Shown here: piece after piece, positions 52,290 through 62,501 of the stretch
How the letters are laid out: each line of letters opens with the position of its first letter
Numbering within the stretch: position 1 is the stretch's first letter
Source of the DNA: an uncultured Lachnospiraceae bacterium
GTDB taxonomy: Bacteria; Bacillota; Clostridia; Lachnospirales; Lachnospiraceae
Assembly (NCBI GenBank): GCA_900549665.1
Contig: URPH01000002.1
Span: 29,947 to 93,946 of the forward strand
Direction: 5' to 3'
Length of the DNA: 64,000 nt
The notes under the pieces: generated by a model
Database searches by the model: none
Told to the model about the DNA's origin: nothing
What the model saw: only the letters and a program-made list of their open reading frames with translations
Translations under genes and position numbers: made by a program

Positions 52290-52473
52290 GTATCAGCATT
52301 ACCTTTTTTTCTACCGCGATAATTGCCTCATGACATGATTTGATATAGTTCATACCTTCTTCATAAGCGGAAAGTGCCTGCTCCAATGGAATATCATCCC
52401 GCTCAAGCAGTTCAATCTGTTCTTCTATTTTCTGAAACATTTCATCTACATTTAGTTTCTTTTTTGCCGCCAT
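52261..52473 (-). CDS. xseB: Exodeoxyribonuclease VII small subunit
   Basis: 70-aa helical protein (...LEQALSAYEEGMNYIKSCHEAI...). It overlaps the ispA start. Confidence 0.8.
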   Translation of the reverse strand: MAAKKKLNVDEMFQKIEEQIELLERDDIPLEQALSAYEEGMNYIKSCHEAIIAVEKKVMLIRENGETDEL

Positions 52474-52542
52474 TTTTATTCCTCTCTGATCCGGTCATAT
52501 CGACAAACCGGTCATATCCATGTCCGGTCATAGTTTTCATTT

Positions 52543-53841
52543 TCAGCTCTGTGCCTTCAGATATCCATCATCCTTTTTTATCCCGGTAACGGAAGCCGTT
52601 GCACATCCATCCAGATAATGTAAAAATATTTTTTCTCCGGGCGCTAAGTCTGAAACTCCGGTTATCTTTTCTCCTGCCTCATTTTTGACAAATGCATATC
52701 CGCCCGAAAGCTTTTTGAGCGGGGAAACGGCATCCATCCTGCCGCTTAAAAGCGTGAACTGTTGTTTATAAAGCTGCCATTTTCTGTCAAAGCCATACGG
52801 AAGCATCTGTGAATCGTGATCCAATCTCTGCGTTGCCTGAAGGATACGCCGGTCCATATATTGGATGAGAAGCTTTTCACTGTGTACAAGCTTAAGCCGT
52901 TGCTCTTTTAATTTATTTTTGGGTGACAGGGAAAGAACCTGCCGTTGTTTCTGCTCCAGCTGATTTTGTAAAAATCTGAGCTTTCTTTGAATGATCTGGT
53001 AATACCGCTCTTCATAGGTCTCAAACTGTAAAAATACCTCGCGGATATCCTTTGTCACGGCAACTGCCGCCGCAGTCGGTGTAGATACCCTCATATCAGC
53101 TACCAGATCAGATATGGATACCTGTTGTTCATGTCCGATGGCAGATACGATCGGGATCGGACAGTTGAAAACAGCATCCGCCACCATCCGTTCATTGAAA
53201 GCCCAAAGATCTTCTGTTGAGCCACCGCCCCTTGCAAGGATAATCACATCAACATTCCTGCCTTGGAGAGTATCGATTCCGCGTACAATACTAAGCGGAG
53301 CCTGTTCCCCCTGTACATAGGCCGGATATACCAGAATCTCTATAAAAGGATTGCGTCTGGTCGCATTTTCGACAATATCATGCACTGCTTCTCCGGGGTA
53401 GGCTGCCACAACACCGATCCGGTTGATATAATCCGGCAGCTTTTGCTTGTAACATGCATCAAACATTCCCATTTCTTCAAGCTCGGCTTTTAATTTTTCA
53501 AAAGCCTCATTGATCCTGCCGGCTCCGGCCTGATAAATTTCCATGACCTTTAATTTGTAGGAACCGCCCTTTTCATAGAGGTCCACACTGCAGCCGACAA
53601 TGACCTCATCCCCATCCTTTAAGCGGAAATGAAGCCCCTTTTTCTGATAGCCGGAAAACATGGCGCACTGAATGATAGAAGTCCGGTCCTTTAATGTAAA
53701 ATAAAGGTGACCCGAGGAATGATATTTCACATTGCTCGCTTCACCCTTTACATATAAGGACTTTAATAATATGTCATTGACAATCATATCCTTCAGATAT
53801 GCATTTACCCATGAAACGGAATAAACATTTTTCATGATCAT
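52543..53841 (-). CDS. xseA: Exodeoxyribonuclease VII large subunit
   Basis: N-terminal OB fold followed by the catalytic domain. Conserved xseA–xseB–ispA–dxs synteny. Confidence 0.85.
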   Translation of the reverse strand: MIMKNVYSVSWVNAYLKDMIVNDILLKSLYVKGEASNVKYHSSGHLYFTLKDRTSIIQCAMFSGYQKKGLHFRLKDGDEVIVGCSVDLYEKGGSYKLKVMEIYQAGAGRINEAFEKLKAELEEMGMFDACYKQKLPDYINRIGVVAAYPGEAVHDIVENATRRNPFIEILVYPAYVQGEQAPLSIVRGIDTLQGRNVDVIILARGGGSTEDLWAFNERMVADAVFNCPIPIVSAIGHEQQVSISDLVADMRVSTPTAAAVAVTKDIREVFLQFETYEERYYQIIQRKLRFLQNQLEQKQRQVLSLSPKNKLKEQRLKLVHSEKLLIQYMDRRILQATQRLDHDSQMLPYGFDRKWQLYKQQFTLLSGRMDAVSPLKKLSGGYAFVKNEAGEKITGVSDLAPGEKIFLHYLDGCATASVTGIKKDDGYLKAQS

Positions 53842-53844
53842 CCT

Positions 53845-54243
53845 CTAATTTGCAAATTTAGCTAAAATGCCGTTAATAAAGGATGGTGATTCATCCTGTC
53901 CGAATTTTTTTGCAATCTCAACAGCTTCATTGATCGCAACAGAGGTCGGAACCTTGTCATCATACAGAATTTCAAAAAGCGCAAGCCTTAAGATGGCTAA
54001 GTCCACCTTTCCCATACGGGTGGTGGTCCATCCGGTTGCCTTTTCATTGATCATCTGATCGAGTTCATCAATCTTATCTACAATCGCTTCATATTTTTTC
54101 TGAATTTCTTCCTGTGCTTCCGGATCTGCCGATTCATCTGCATCAAAAAAAAGTCTGACCTGCTCCGGCATATCCTCCGGACTGTTGAATTCAACTCGAA
54201 ACAGGAGCTTAAATATCTGTATTCTTAAATTTCTTCTGGTCAT
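53845..54243 (-). CDS. nusB: Transcription antitermination factor NusB
   Basis: 132-aa all-helical protein with the NusB signature (...RRNLRIQIFKLLF...AILRLALFEIL...). Confidence 0.85.
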   Translation of the reverse strand: MTRRNLRIQIFKLLFRVEFNSPEDMPEQVRLFFDADESADPEAQEEIQKKYEAIVDKIDELDQMINEKATGWTTTRMGKVDLAILRLALFEILYDDKVPTSVAINEAVEIAKKFGQDESPSFINGILAKFAN

Positions 54244-54260
54244 TCGTATGTCCTCGGTAT

Positions 54261-54641
54261 TCAGTCTTTCATATTGATACCGCCAATGCGGATATTGACA
54301 ATGTCTACAGTAAGACCTGTCATGCTTTCGATCGCTGCCTTTACTTTATTTTGTACGCTCTGGCAGGTTTCCGGGATATTGTATCCGTAATCGATCATAA
54401 TAGCCAGGTCAACATTAACCTTGCCATCAACAACCATAACCTTAACACCCTTTGTAAGCTTTTTGACACCGACACGGCTCATCAGCTCATTGGTGATATT
54501 GCCCACCATGGATGCCACTCCGTCCACTTCGGTTGCTGCAATGGAAGCAATCATGGCTACCACGTCATCTGCGATTGAAACAATTCCATCATTTCCATTG
54601 CTTTTTAAGGTATAAGCTTCTCTTTCAAACTCTTTTTCCAT
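54261..54641 (-). CDS. Asp23/Gls24 family envelope stress response protein
   Basis: ...IADDVVAMIASIAATEVDGVASM... matches the Asp23 family. It sits upstream of nusB as in Bacillus (yqhY). Confidence 0.8.
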   Translation of the reverse strand: MEKEFEREAYTLKSNGNDGIVSIADDVVAMIASIAATEVDGVASMVGNITNELMSRVGVKKLTKGVKVMVVDGKVNVDLAIMIDYGYNIPETCQSVQNKVKAAIESMTGLTVDIVNIRIGGINMKD

Positions 54642-54722
54642 AAGAAACTCCTTTCGTCCATATCTATTTCATATACTTTAATTCTGTTTACAACTTTATA
54701 CATGATTATAACAAAAAAACGC

Positions 54723-55901
54723 TTAATTGAAAAGCCAAAAACAAAATGTATTGGAGATGTCATCGACTGCATAGGTAATGCTGTCTTCCGCATCCAGATA
54801 ATCAAATGCATGCTGTTCATCCACAAGATACCGGAATATATCATTGTAGACTGCGTCATTGGCACATTTGAAGCGTACCGTCTGCTCTCCGCTTTCATAA
54901 CCCCTGTCAAAAACAGACTGCAGCTGTTCCGGATCAAGTCCGCTTATATAGAGGTTTTCATGAATATAATAATTGCAGTCTTTTGCAACGCATTCAGGCA
55001 GGGCAACCGGATTTTGGGCAACATGCGTCTGATTCAATGTAGCAGAATCCACCATGAAATAATCATAATTGACCGGATTGGCATCCTGATACCGGCTGTC
55101 TTTAAAGTCCGAATCGCCCCAGGTCGTATCCAGATAATACCATGCACCGTCTGCCTTGACCAGATTCCATGCATGCGATTCTCCATCGGCACTTCCGTTT
55201 ACAACAACCGATTCCACCCCAAGTCTGTTTAAAAGAAGCTGGGTAGCCTTGGCATAGCCGTTACAGACGGACTGGTGAAACAAAAAGACCGAAAGCACAT
55301 TTTGATTGTCCCTGCAGTTCATCACATAATCCGTATTGATGATCAGGGTATCAAAGACATATCTGACCTTGTCATAATCCGAACCATCAACCGGTGCATT
55401 GGCAATCAGTTCAGAAATGGCAGTCTCCAGCTGTTCATTGTACTGTGCTGTCAATTCCTCGTCATAAATATAATTGGCATGAAAAGAAATGGCAACGATT
55501 TCATCATCTCTGGTCCGGGTCGTATACTGGTATCCATCGATATAAAACAATTCCGGATGGTCATACAGAACACAGTTGAATACCTTGTCCAGCAAATCGT
55601 CAGAAAGCGTCGCAACACTGACCTCTGTCCTGTTTAAGACAGCTGAAAGGATTTGTCCGTACACAATCTGCTCATCTGATGACAGCTGCGAATAACAATA
55701 GCCGTTTTCATCTATGGCAACCAAAGCATCCTGCTCATCAGACTCTCCTGTAATGTCAGAGTCTACGTTTTCCTGATCCGTTATGTCTGAAAAGGATGAA
55801 AATTGTCCTGTCTCCTCATCTGTGAAATCATCCTCACTGCAACCCGGCAGAAAAAATGCGAGACACAGGCACAACAACAAAATGGCATTTCTTTTTTTCA
55901 T
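54723..55901 (-). CDS. Transglutaminase-like domain lipoprotein
   Basis: Lipoprotein signal (LLLCLCLAFFLPGCS) and a Cys-His-Asp transglutaminase-like core (CNGYAKA...HAWNLV...D). Confidence 0.7.
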   Translation of the reverse strand: MKKRNAILLLCLCLAFFLPGCSEDDFTDEETGQFSSFSDITDQENVDSDITGESDEQDALVAIDENGYCYSQLSSDEQIVYGQILSAVLNRTEVSVATLSDDLLDKVFNCVLYDHPELFYIDGYQYTTRTRDDEIVAISFHANYIYDEELTAQYNEQLETAISELIANAPVDGSDYDKVRYVFDTLIINTDYVMNCRDNQNVLSVFLFHQSVCNGYAKATQLLLNRLGVESVVVNGSADGESHAWNLVKADGAWYYLDTTWGDSDFKDSRYQDANPVNYDYFMVDSATLNQTHVAQNPVALPECVAKDCNYYIHENLYISGLDPEQLQSVFDRGYESGEQTVRFKCANDAVYNDIFRYLVDEQHAFDYLDAEDSITYAVDDISNTFCFWLFN

Positions 55902-55914
55902 TTAAACTCCAAAT

Positions 55915-57525
55915 TTAATCATTTTTACCAAATTCAGCAAGCTCCAGCCCCTTATTGCGGTCCAGAGTCATGCCGATGCTCCATTCATGTGAAAACAAAA
56001 GAAGAGGGTTTCCTTTTAAGTCTTTGATCTTCTTCATATCTGAGGTGCCGGAAATCTGATTCAGATCCAGATCCTTATTGACGATCCACCGGATAAATTC
56101 ATAAGGCAGATTTTCCAGCTTGATCTCTACATTGTATTCATTTTCCAGACGGTATTTTAAAACATCAAACTGCAGGACACCGACTACCCCCACAATGATC
56201 TCTTCCATACCGGTATTAAACTCCTGAAAGATCTGGATGGCACCTTCCTGTGCAATCTGTGTAATACCCTTGACAAACTGTTTTCTCTTCATGGTGTCAA
56301 GCTGACGCACTCTGGCAAAATGCTCCGGTGCAAATGTCGGAATGCCCTCGTAGCGGAATTTATCCTTGGGCATGCAGATCGTATCTCCGATGGAAAAGAT
56401 GCCCGGATCAAATACACCGATGATATCACCGGCATATGCCTCGTCCAAAATCTTGCGGTCATTGGCCATCAGCTGCTGCGGCTGCGATAAGCGCATAACC
56501 TTATTTCCCTGCACATGCTTTACCTCCTGGGACGCATCAAAACGTCCGGAACAGATACGCATAAATGCAATACGGTCTCTGTGAGCCTTGTTCATGTTGG
56601 CCTGGATCTTGAATACAAAAGCAGAAAAATCATTTTTTACCGGATCGATCAGGCCGATATCCGCTTTTCTGGGAAGCGGTGTTGTTGTCATCTGTAAGAA
56701 ATGCTGTAAAAAGATTTCTACACCAAAGTTGGTCAGGGCCGATCCGAAAAATACCGGTGTCAGATCTCCGCTCTGGATCAGGTCAAGATCATATTCTGCA
56801 CTTGCGCCGTCCAACAGCTCGATTTCCTCTGAAAGCTTGTCCCAGGCCTCCTGTCCGATATGTCCAAGCAGTGCTTTATCATCATCCACGGAAATAACCT
56901 GTGTTTCGCCTTCTTTGGTGCCCTTTTGTGTATCGGAATAGGTCACAACACTCCTGCTCTTTCTGTCATATACCCCCTTGAAGCCCTTACCGGAACCGAT
57001 CGGCCAGTTGATCGGACAAGTGGCAATTCCCAGCTCCTTTTCAATTTCATCCAAAAGATCAAAGGTATCATTGGCATCCCTGTCCATCTTGTTGATAAAG
57101 GTAAAGATCGGAATGTGGCGCATGACGCATACCTTAAACAATTTTCTGGTCTGCGCCTCAACACCCTTGGATGCATCAATGACCATGACAGCCGAATCGG
57201 CTGCCATCAGGGTACGGTAGGTATCTTCCGAGAAATCCTGATGTCCCGGAGTATCCAGAATATTGATACAGTAGTTATCATACTCAAACTGCAATACAGA
57301 AGATGTAACGGAAATACCTCTTTCCTTTTCAATCTCCATCCAGTCGGACACCGCATGTCTGGCAGTCGCCTTTCCCTTGACACTTCCTGCCAGATTGATA
57401 GCTCCGCCGTAAAGCAGGAATTTTTCCGTCAGGGTCGTCTTTCCGGCATCCGGATGCGAAATAATGGCAAATGTTCTTCTTCTGTTGATTTCATACTCTA
57501 GGTTACTCACAAATGTTTCCTCCAA
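55915..57525 (-). CDS. prfC: Peptide chain release factor 3
   Basis: Translational GTPase motifs G1 (SHPDAGKTT), DTPGH and NKMD, plus RF3-type C-terminal domains. Confidence 0.9.
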   Translation of the reverse strand: MEETFVSNLEYEINRRRTFAIISHPDAGKTTLTEKFLLYGGAINLAGSVKGKATARHAVSDWMEIEKERGISVTSSVLQFEYDNYCINILDTPGHQDFSEDTYRTLMAADSAVMVIDASKGVEAQTRKLFKVCVMRHIPIFTFINKMDRDANDTFDLLDEIEKELGIATCPINWPIGSGKGFKGVYDRKSRSVVTYSDTQKGTKEGETQVISVDDDKALLGHIGQEAWDKLSEEIELLDGASAEYDLDLIQSGDLTPVFFGSALTNFGVEIFLQHFLQMTTTPLPRKADIGLIDPVKNDFSAFVFKIQANMNKAHRDRIAFMRICSGRFDASQEVKHVQGNKVMRLSQPQQLMANDRKILDEAYAGDIIGVFDPGIFSIGDTICMPKDKFRYEGIPTFAPEHFARVRQLDTMKRKQFVKGITQIAQEGAIQIFQEFNTGMEEIIVGVVGVLQFDVLKYRLENEYNVEIKLENLPYEFIRWIVNKDLDLNQISGTSDMKKIKDLKGNPLLLFSHEWSIGMTLDRNKGLELAEFGKND

Positions 57526-57528
57526 CTG

Positions 57529-58686
57529 TTATAACAGACTTTTTCCGTCTGTCTTATTTTCTATATTCAGTAAATGCAGAACGGTGGCTGCAATATCGGC
57601 AAACGTATCCCTTGTGCCGTAATTGCCGGCTGGAATATCTTTGCCGTAGAAAATATACGGTGTATATTCTCTGGTATGATCGGTTGACAATGTATAGCCC
57701 GGATCACAGCCATGGTCTGCGGTAATCATCAGCACGTCATCATCACGCATTTTGTCCATGATCTCAGGAAGCTTTTCATCAAAATAAGCCAGTGCCTTTG
57801 CATATCCGTCAATATCCCTCCGGTGTCCGTAAAGCATATCAAAATCAACCAGATTGACAAACAACAGACCGTCAAAATCCCGGTCCATATACTGAAGTGT
57901 CTTTTCAATACCATCTTCATTGCCGGTCGTATATACAAACTCGGAAATGCCGCTTCCCGCAAAAATATCGTGGATCTTGCCGACAGCCAAAACATCCCTT
58001 CCGGCAGCCTGTATCAGATTGAGCATGGTAGCTTTTGGAGGCATCAGAGAGTAATCATGTCTTCTGCTGGTTCTCTGATAGTTGCCGTCCCTGCCGGTAA
58101 ACGGTCTTGCAATGACACGCCCGACACCATGCTCTCCCTTTAAGATCTCTCTCGCTATATGACAGTATTCATACAATGTCTCAACCGGAACCACATCCTC
58201 ATGGGCTGCGATCTGAAACACACTGTCTGCGGATGTATACACGATCAGTTTCCCGGTTTTGACATGCTCATCTCCGTAATCCCTGATAACCTCTGTCCCG
58301 GAATATGGCCTGTTGCACAATACCCCACGTCCTGTTCTCTTTGAAAACTCATCAATGATCTCTTTTGGAAATCCGTTGGGATATGTCGGAAGCGGACGCA
58401 TGGACTGAATGCCTGCAATCTCCCAATGTCCGATCGTCGTATCCTTTCCCTGAGATGCCTCCTGCATCCTCGCATATCCGGCTATCGGAGAATCCTCTTT
58501 CTGTCCTACACTGACACCGTCTATATTGAACAGGCCAAGCCTTTGCATATTGGGCATTTTAAAATAAGGACTGGTGGCGCAGGATGCAATGGTTGATGTT
58601 CCGGCATCATGAAATGCCTCTGCATCCTTGGCTGCACCGATTCCAAAGCTATCTAAAACAATTAAAATGATTCGTTTCACAGCTAT
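57529..58686 (-). CDS. deoB: Phosphopentomutase
   Basis: Start refined to MIAVKRIILIVLDSFGIGAA (AAGGGAG RBS). The metal-binding motif DSFGIG and the alkaline-phosphatase-like core are present. Confidence 0.85.
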   Translation of the reverse strand: MAVKRIILIVLDSFGIGAAKDAEAFHDAGTSTIASCATSPYFKMPNMQRLGLFNIDGVSVGQKEDSPIAGYARMQEASQGKDTTIGHWEIAGIQSMRPLPTYPNGFPKEIIDEFSKRTGRGVLCNRPYSGTEVIRDYGDEHVKTGKLIVYTSADSVFQIAAHEDVVPVETLYEYCHIAREILKGEHGVGRVIARPFTGRDGNYQRTSRRHDYSLMPPKATMLNLIQAAGRDVLAVGKIHDIFAGSGISEFVYTTGNEDGIEKTLQYMDRDFDGLLFVNLVDFDMLYGHRRDIDGYAKALAYFDEKLPEIMDKMRDDDVLMITADHGCDPGYTLSTDHTREYTPYIFYGKDIPAGNYGTRDTFADIAATVLHLLNIENKTDGKSLL

Positions 58687-58781
58687 CATCTCCCTTGTAC
58701 ATTTTATTTTCACGAATGTCTTATTGTTACCCATAGATGAACAAATTATACCACAACCGGCCATCTATATAAAGCATGTTT

Positions 58782-59630
58782 TTAATTTCCCCCGACCGGT
58801 GAAATTGTGATATTCTCTGCCGGAATACCGGTTTTTCTCTTTACAATATTCTCAATCTGCGCAATCTGTGCCTGGCTCAATTCATTCATACCGATACAGA
58901 CATCCGCATAATCCCCGTTAATACTTACCACATTCTCTGAAAATCCCTTTGCCTGAAGCATTACCATCGCATCACATTCCTTCTGCGCGATATCCGTCAG
59001 GGCGATCATGCTGTTAACGGCATCCTGTTTGGCCGCTTCAGATACATTTTCATTGTTGATGATATCCAGCAAAACTGCCTTGTTCTGCGATCTGGTCTGC
59101 TCTTTGATCAAATTAGCCTCTGCTAACGATGTGACAGACATGGTATTGGTAAATACTGCTTCCCCGGGAATATCCGCTGTTTCAGTGCCGGCTTCTGCCT
59201 CCGCGTTGGTTTCCACTGCCGCATCCGCCGTATCCTGTGCCTGTGCATACAGACCGGGATCATCCATCCCCGTAGTATCCTGTGCATACAGTTCTGTATC
59301 GTCGGTGCCATCTGTGCTTGCAACTGTATCCAAATCTTCATCCAGACTGTCGATCTCTGTATAATATGTATCATCCTCGTCTGAAATGTCATACAAAGCT
59401 GTCTCATCATAAGTAATGTCAGCATCCTCCAGAAGACTGTTGTTCATGGTTTCTTCTACCGTCTCTGCATCTGCTTCCTCAAACTGTGCCGATGTTGTAA
59501 ATAAAACATCGTCATCCACCTGTTTTCCGGTAAAATTCAGATATCCGGCGATTGCGATCATAAGCGCTAACGCTGTTATCATAATCTGATTCCTCTTCCA
59601 CAAGTTTTTAACTGAAAATTCTTTTTTCAT
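58782..59630 (-). CDS. spoIIIAH: Stage III sporulation protein AH
   Basis: N-terminal TM segment, an acidic D/E/T-rich linker and a C-terminal YscJ/FliF-like domain (...MVMLQAKGFSENVVSINGDYADVCI...). It is the last gene of the spoIIIA operon. Confidence 0.7.
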   Translation of the reverse strand: MKKEFSVKNLWKRNQIMITALALMIAIAGYLNFTGKQVDDDVLFTTSAQFEEADAETVEETMNNSLLEDADITYDETALYDISDEDDTYYTEIDSLDEDLDTVASTDGTDDTELYAQDTTGMDDPGLYAQAQDTADAAVETNAEAEAGTETADIPGEAVFTNTMSVTSLAEANLIKEQTRSQNKAVLLDIINNENVSEAAKQDAVNSMIALTDIAQKECDAMVMLQAKGFSENVVSINGDYADVCIGMNELSQAQIAQIENIVKRKTGIPAENITISPVGGN

Positions 59631-59642
59631 AGTTTCGCCCCT

Positions 59643-60311
59643 TTACCCGGTTTTACTTTTCATTTTTACTATTGCTATTTTATGCTCATCCAAATCAAAT
59701 AATGACAACACCGCATCTTCCATTTGCTTTTTCACATTTTCACGATCCGCACCATCCGTCACGATCAGAATTCCCTCTATAGACGGTAAGAGCTGTTTTG
59801 AAATATAGGGGATGTCCCGCCCCTGTGAATCAACAGTATAAACCGTTTTCTCCTGATCTTCATAACGTGCTGCCGATGAAGACGCATTTCCATTATTTTC
59901 ACTGTCGTTATCCCTCTGATATGAAATATCCTTTTCCACAATACAGCTGCCGACATCCTCCAGTGTCACAATAACCTTTACTCTTCCGGCTCCATTGATC
60001 GCAATCAGTGCATTGCCAAGTTTTTTTTCCAGATACGATGCATAAGCATCATAAAACTGCATCGTCTGATCTGTCGGTAACGCTGCATCATATGTGCTGC
60101 CGGTTGCCGGCTCCTCCGACATTTTTTCAGTCAGGCCTGTCAGGCTCTGTGTTGATTTTAGGGAGCTGTCAGTCTTTTTATCATCCTTAACCGGCATACT
60201 GATCACCAAAATCAGCAATCCGCCGATCAACAGGATCGCCAGTCTGTCCTTCCCTATTTTTTCTATCAACTGTTTCCACTGCTTCATATTCCATTTTTCA
60301 TTCGGATCCAT
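59643..60311 (-). CDS. spoIIIAG: Stage III sporulation protein AG
   Basis: ...RLAILLIGGLLILVIS TM segment and a C-terminal ...GAGRVKVIVTLE...GILIVTDGA motif. The preferred start is MDPNEKW, because the upstream GTG at 60359 lies inside the tandem repeat. Confidence 0.7.
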   Translation of the reverse strand: MDPNEKWNMKQWKQLIEKIGKDRLAILLIGGLLILVISMPVKDDKKTDSSLKSTQSLTGLTEKMSEEPATGSTYDAALPTDQTMQFYDAYASYLEKKLGNALIAINGAGRVKVIVTLEDVGSCIVEKDISYQRDNDSENNGNASSSAARYEDQEKTVYTVDSQGRDIPYISKQLLPSIEGILIVTDGADRENVKKQMEDAVLSLFDLDEHKIAIVKMKSKTG

Positions 60312-60355
60312 TTTTCCACATCCCTTCTCATGTTTTGCCCAATTCTCCCATGCGA

Positions 60356-60475
60356 TCACTGTCTACTTCGTCACTTCCTGTTCAGTCTCTTTCTATTCAG
60401 TCACTGTCTATTCAATCCCTTTCTATTCAACCTCTTTCTATTCAGCCTCTTTCTGTTCAGCCTCTTTCTGTTCTG
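60356..60475. repeat. About 8 degenerate tandem copies of a 15-bp unit (plus-strand consensus yCTCTTTCTrTTCAG) spanning the spoIIIAF 3' end and the spoIIIAF–spoIIIAG junction
   Basis: Direct reading shows consecutive 15-mers tcactgtctacttcg, tcacttcctgttcag, tctctttctattcag, tcactgtctattcaa, tccctttctattcaa, cctctttctattcag, cctctttctgttcag and cctctttctgttctg. The in-frame copies encode the EQKEA pentapeptide repeat of SpoIIIAF. Copies with G-to-A changes carry TAG stops. Confidence 0.8.
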
Positions 60476-60809
60476 GTAAAGCAGCGTCCAGCTCTTCTTC
60501 ATACTCCGACACCGTTTCGTCTACATACCGCTCCAGAAGCCTCTGCGATTCATCCTTGATATGATCTGTATCCATACTCCAGATCTCATCACTTTTTTTC
60601 AGATTTTCCTCAAACTGCGAAAGCAGGCCCTGATCGGATACATTCGTGATATCCACCAGATTTCTTCCAAGCGGATATATTAAAAACAGAATAATGAAAA
60701 TACCGGATATGTTTTTATACAGTCCCTGAAATTTCTCCGACAAAAAAAGCTGGTATATAAAATCACACAGACAGACAAAAATACAGATATTTCTGATATA
60801 TTCACTCAT
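60438..60809 (-). CDS. spoIIIAF: Stage III sporulation protein AF, with a C-terminus ending in an (EQKEA)n repeat
   Basis: Two N-terminal TM helices and the SpoIIIAF-like order and size within the operon. The C-terminus ...ALPEQKEAEQKEAE is encoded by the tandem repeat. Confidence 0.65.
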   Translation of the reverse strand: MSEYIRNICIFVCLCDFIYQLFLSEKFQGLYKNISGIFIILFLIYPLGRNLVDITNVSDQGLLSQFEENLKKSDEIWSMDTDHIKDESQRLLERYVDETVSEYEEELDAALPEQKEAEQKEAE

Positions 60810-60840
60810 TTACCTTTCACACTCCATTTGATATTTGTGG

Positions 60841-61899
60841 TTAATACAAAGCATTCATACCCAGGGTGGCAACCGCAATTGCAATAAAAAACATACCGCT
60901 TGCGAACAGCTGCACACGGGAGAGCAGAAAAAAACAGTCTGCCATCTTCCATACATGAGAGGTAAACTTTTTTTCTCCGGATATCTGTAAAACAGCTGAT
61001 GCCAGCCGTACGACAAAACCAAGCATCAGGGTCGTGACTGCCGGTCTGAAGCACATGACAAATAGTATAAAAATGCCGACAATTCCAATACTGTTTTTCA
61101 CAAGAACGGCTCCCCTCAGGACTGTTTCCGTGATTGCCATAGCATAATCCCCAAGCCCCGGTATAAAGGAAACGGTCTTTAAGATCACACGGCTTTGTAC
61201 ACCGTCCACAGCCGGCATGATCCCTGCCTGGAGCAGACTTCCGGAAACAGCCGCAAAGATTGCGGAACGTGTCATAAAAATGACCAGTTTTCTCATAAGC
61301 GCTATCATTCCGCCAAAACGATTTCCATCAGGTAACTGATTTAACACATACAATACACAGATAAACTGAACCATCGGCATCACAAAAGCAGCCATGATAT
61401 TTTCCACAATGAATAAAAAAAACAGCTGCAGCTCATAATATGCGGCCGCAGTCACAGGACCGCCGGAAATCCCCATTACCATACACATGGCCGGCATTAA
61501 AACACCACAGAAGCTTTTCATTTCATCTAAAAAAGACAGACACTGTTCATAGGAACGCAAAAAGCATTTCATCAGGATCAGGGATACAAATAAAAATATA
61601 AAATAATTGGAAAAGATCGTAATTTTTTCATTTGCAAACAAATCCGATAATCCGTGCAAAAGCAGCGCAAATATACCCAGCAGAAAAATTCCGAGGAAGA
61701 TTTCCCTGCACTGTGTCAGATTTCCGATACACACATCCCGGACATACTGTATAAGCAGTGCTTTTATCGTGTCCATATTTCCCTGCATGATCTCCGTGAT
61801 CAGATCATCCGCGGAAACTGTATTTCCTCCCATTATCCGATTAAGAAAAGTATCGATATTCCTAAGATCCATCCCCCTGATCAAAGCATTATCCATCAA
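60841..61899 (-). CDS. spoIIIAE: Stage III sporulation protein AE
   Basis: Polytopic membrane protein at the SpoIIIAE position, between AD and AF. Confidence 0.8.
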   Translation of the reverse strand: MMDNALIRGMDLRNIDTFLNRIMGGNTVSADDLITEIMQGNMDTIKALLIQYVRDVCIGNLTQCREIFLGIFLLGIFALLLHGLSDLFANEKITIFSNYFIFLFVSLILMKCFLRSYEQCLSFLDEMKSFCGVLMPAMCMVMGISGGPVTAAAYYELQLFFLFIVENIMAAFVMPMVQFICVLYVLNQLPDGNRFGGMIALMRKLVIFMTRSAIFAAVSGSLLQAGIMPAVDGVQSRVILKTVSFIPGLGDYAMAITETVLRGAVLVKNSIGIVGIFILFVMCFRPAVTTLMLGFVVRLASAVLQISGEKKFTSHVWKMADCFFLLSRVQLFASGMFFIAIAVATLGMNALY

Positions 61900-62273
61900 T
61901 AAAACTCCTTTATGACATCAATCAGATTTAAAAATACCGGCATGCCGATCAGCAATACACTGAATTTTCCTGCCGTTTCAACGCCCTTCCCGATCGCTGC
62001 ATACCCGGCATCCTTGCAGATTCCCGCGCAAAATTCACTGATATAAGATATACCTACGATCCGCAGCAGCATCTGTATATACGCATCAGCACCGGCTAAC
62101 TGTCCGGAAACAATTTTTATCATGTCTGCAATATTGATAAAGGAATCCATACAGATATAAAACAAAAACATGCTGGCACAAACGGAAAAAACATAGGCTG
62201 ATTCCGGTCTTGTCTGTTTGATAAACAAAATAATCGCTACGGAAACAATGGCTAAAAGTCCGATTTTGAGCAT
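61896..62273 (-). CDS. spoIIIAD: Stage III sporulation protein AD
   Basis: 125-aa four-TM protein (...IVGISYISEFCAGICKDAGYAAIGKGVE...) matching the SpoIIIAD signature. Confidence 0.8.
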   Translation of the reverse strand: MLKIGLLAIVSVAIILFIKQTRPESAYVFSVCASMFLFYICMDSFINIADMIKIVSGQLAGADAYIQMLLRIVGISYISEFCAGICKDAGYAAIGKGVETAGKFSVLLIGMPVFLNLIDVIKEFY

Positions 62274-62288
62274 ACGCTATCCATCCTC

Positions 62289-62501
62289 CTAAAACGAAAA
62301 CAGATCCTCCATCGTATGGAACAGATCAACTATATACGGCAGCACCCAGGTGAGGACCAGAATAAAGCCGCACAAGCTGACCATATAGGCATGTTCTTCC
62401 TTTCCACTGTGTTTTAATACCTGATTGAGCAGCGTGACCAGTATTCCGACTGCCGCGATTTTAAACAAGATACCAATACTCATGGAATCCTCCTTTACCA
62501 T
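62289..62501 (-). CDS. spoIIIAC: Stage III sporulation protein AC
   Basis: ~65-aa two-TM protein (MSIGILFKIAAVGILVTLLNQVLKHSGKEE...). The true start is probably the internal MSIGIL. Confidence 0.7.
   Translation of the reverse strand: MVKEDSMSIGILFKIAAVGILVTLLNQVLKHSGKEEHAYMVSLCGFILVLTWVLPYIVDLFHTMEDLFSF

Noticed and set aside
60356-60475. Tandem 15-bp repeats considered as a possible CRISPR array
   Set aside because: The units are contiguous with no spacers, are only 15 bp long and lie within coding sequence. This is a simple tandem or coding repeat, not CRISPR.
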